Of a DNA stretch of 64,000 nt, positions 62,903 to 64,000 are shown in pieces. Origin of the DNA: Candidatus Bipolaricaulota bacterium (GTDB lineage: Bacteria; Bipolaricaulota; Bipolaricaulia; UBA7950; UBA9294); assembly GCA_028277345.1 (NCBI GenBank), contig JANQGM010000039.1, positions 55,728-119,727 of the forward strand. The letters run 5' to 3'. Both the position numbers and the translations under genes were made by a program. Within the stretch, counting starts at the first letter, position 1; the number at the start of each line of letters is the position of its first letter. Below the pieces are notes generated by a model, which saw nothing but the letters and a program-made list of their open reading frames with translations, made no database searches and was not told where the DNA came from.

Positions 62903-63061
62903 GTGACTTCCCCCCGGAGGTTGGATGGAGCATTCTACAAGAAGTGAGGTGGAGATCGAAGGCGAGATCCTCTGGTGTTTCTGACATGCTGCAGGGCATA
63001 CTCTTTGGTTGACAAAACGTAAGTGGCGGATTGGACGAAGATCGCCCTTGAGGAGGGTGCC

Positions 63062-64000
63062 ATGAATTGGAAAGTCTTGTTGCTGGCAGCGGTGGCAGTC
63101 GTGGGGTTGGCCGTAGCAGGCTGGTTACTCATCCCTTCGGAGCGAGAACCGCTGGAGCTGACGCTTCTCCATACCAACGACTTGCATGCACATTACGATT
63201 CTTTCGAGCCCTGGGGCGATGTTCTCCAGGGAGGCGTGGCACGTATCGCAACGTTGGTCAATGACATTGAAGACGACGTTGACAACCTGCTGTTTCTTGA
63301 TGCCGGAGACCAATTCCAAGGTACCCTCTACTTCACGGTGGGTGGGGCCGATGTTGTCGCCGATGTGATGAATGAGCTGGGCTACATGGGAATGGCGTTG
63401 GGAAATCACGAGTTTGACTCCGGTCCCGCTGAGCTGGCCCGTTTCATCGATCATGCCGACTTCCCGGTACTGTCTGCAAATGTCGATGCCTGGGCAGATC
63501 CCGATCTGTCCGGCCTGATCTTCCCGTTCGCCATCTACTACATGGACGGCCACCCCATCGGCGTGATCGGCTTGACGGCGGAGCACACAGCCATTGCGTC
63601 AAGTCCCGGCCCCGATGTCGTGTTCAGCGATGCCATCGAAGCCGCGCAAGACACGGTCGATCATCTTGCAGCGAATGGAATTGACATCATCATCGCCCTT
63701 ACCCATCTTGGACATGAGCGTGATCTAGAATTGGCGCAACAGGTCGAAGGGCTCGATATCATCGTTGGCGGACATTCGCACACGCGCCTTGAGATTTATC
63801 CCGCGACCATGACATCGACATCAGGGGATCCCGTTTTGGTGGTCACGGCACATGAATGGGGAAAACAACTCGGTCGGCTTGATGTCACCTTTACGCTTGA
63901 TGGCGTCGTGGAATCATATCGTGGGGAGCCTCTCTTTGTCGATGCCTCGATCCCTGAAGATGAGGACGTGCTGGAGCTATTGGCCGACTACCGTCCGATG
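63062..64000 (+). CDS. 5'-nucleotidase/UDP-sugar hydrolase-type metallophosphoesterase, 3' end cut by window edge
   Basis: ATG at 63062 lies behind a GGAGG SD, and the frame stays open to the window end. It has an N-terminal TM. Motifs are LLHTNDLHA, DAGDQFQG, GNHEFD and VGGHSH. Confidence 0.85.
   Translation, partial: MNWKVLLLAAVAVVGLAVAGWLLIPSEREPLELTLLHTNDLHAHYDSFEPWGDVLQGGVARIATLVNDIEDDVDNLLFLDAGDQFQGTLYFTVGGADVVADVMNELGYMGMALGNHEFDSGPAELARFIDHADFPVLSANVDAWADPDLSGLIFPFAIYYMDGHPIGVIGLTAEHTAIASSPGPDVVFSDAIEAAQDTVDHLAANGIDIIIALTHLGHERDLELAQQVEGLDIIVGGHSHTRLEIYPATMTSTSGDPVLVVTAHEWGKQLGRLDVTFTLDGVVESYRGEPLFVDASIPEDEDVLELLADYRPM

Noticed and set aside
1-64000. A search for CRISPR arrays, insertion sequences, integrases, prophage genes and known defence-system genes.
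   Set aside because: I saw no regularly spaced direct repeats, no transposase, integrase or recombinase-like ORFs, and no terminal inverted repeats flanking any block. The only repeats are intragenic protein duplications, tandem paralogs and short hairpins.

Overview
This is a gene-dense window (about 70 CDS, roughly 58-60% GC) that reads as ordinary bacterial chromosome. Most genes have strong AGGAGG-type ribosome-binding sites, and many neighbours overlap by 1-11 nt. The style suggests a Chloroflexota-like or similar lineage, but that is inference only.

I found no rRNA, tRNA, CRISPR array, transposase, integrase, prophage gene or recognisable defence system.

Content is mostly transport, envelope, detoxification and small tailoring-type enzymes:
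- **Transport:** a polar amino-acid ABC importer operon, a heterodimeric ABC exporter pair, three EamA/DMT proteins, one MFS, and two solitary OppB/DppB-like permeases.
- **Sensing and regulation:** one two-component system, one orphan Cache/PAS histidine kinase, one WYL regulator, one AbrB-type regulator, and one membrane-anchored winged-helix protein.
- **Proteolysis:** hflKC, an S9A prolyl oligopeptidase, two tandem DUF885 genes, and a protein with two HExxH motifs.
- **Small enzymes:** five GNAT-family genes (one apparently decayed), two HAD hydrolases, methyltransferases including arsM, Nudix, HD, a 2H phosphoesterase, APH-like kinases, a tautomerase, CMD, DinB and GyrI-like proteins.
- **Decayed genes:** two look clearly decayed (a frameshifted CBM9-like gene and a multiply disrupted APH-like gene). 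One of the GNAT genes may also be degraded.

Nothing here is a clear-cut novel system. The loci I think most deserve a second look are:
1. A lipocalin / unknown secreted protein / SDR / serine-palmitoyltransferase-like operon (43186-46693), diverging from a Cys-bearing AbrB-arsM operon across a 28% GC palindrome-bearing spacer.
2. An exported erythromycin-esterase-family/CBM fusion translationally coupled to a solitary peptide-type ABC permease (7697-10578), diverging from a sensor-like membrane protein with an OmpR-type winged helix and a secreted beta-helix protein (5022-7413).
3. A two-component operon led by a hyper-acidic, internally duplicated secreted protein that shares motifs with the kinase sensor domain (26950-30347).
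4. A TatT-like TPR protein paired with an MFS transporter instead of a TRAP transporter (30844-33194).
5. An iron-sulfur-flavoprotein/SCP2 fusion (25751-26866).
6. An SD-preceded 20-codon uORF in the 400-nt leader of the ABC exporter pair (62046-62443).

All family assignments come from reading motifs in the translations. No database search was run.
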